From NCBI GenBank assembly GCA_012295275.1, contig CM022679.1, positions 22,444,001-22,508,000 on the forward strand: 64,000 bases of DNA. The letters run 5' to 3'. This document shows, in pieces, positions 55,930 to 64,000 of this stretch; position 1 is the first letter of the stretch, and every line of letters begins with the position of its first letter. This DNA comes from Chrysomallon squamiferum. Taxonomy: Eukaryota > Animalia > Mollusca. Under the pieces are notes generated by a model. That model was not told where the DNA came from and ran no database searches. It saw only the letters and a list, made by a program, of their open reading frames with translations. The position numbers and the translations under genes are program-made.

Positions 55930-64000
<8,071 letters not shown>

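Overview
AT-rich, microsatellite-rich eukaryotic DNA from an invertebrate animal (mollusc/lophotrochozoan-like is only a guess), with spliced genes. Most short ORFs in the track are microsatellite artefacts. (1) 1-20.7 kb: a tandem/inverted cluster of a small three-exon secreted Gly/Met/Pro-rich peptide gene. It has four intact near-identical 66-aa copies, one frameshifted copy, one divergent 61-aa copy and many decayed relics. The cluster is interrupted at about 3.5-8.2 kb by an endogenous parvovirus/densovirus-like element (HUH endonuclease plus SF3 helicase NS1, frameshifted, no recognisable capsid). (2) 24-33 kb: two housekeeping genes on the minus strand, STUB1/CHIP (7 exons) and SLC25A19 (5 coding exons), with Tigger/pogo deletion derivatives nearby. 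(3) 36-54 kb: a repeatedly duplicated locus whose intact member splices into a CARD death-fold, tandem OB folds and an acidic/NLS tail. This mirrors the vertebrate AIM2/IFI16 (PYD-HIN) DNA sensors. The locus also holds nine copies of a MASxT first micro-exon, triplicated phase-1 exons and OB/CARD relics. (4) 56-64 kb: a ~1.58-kb tandem macrosatellite containing exon-like relics. All gene models were spliced and translated by eye, and no database searches were run.
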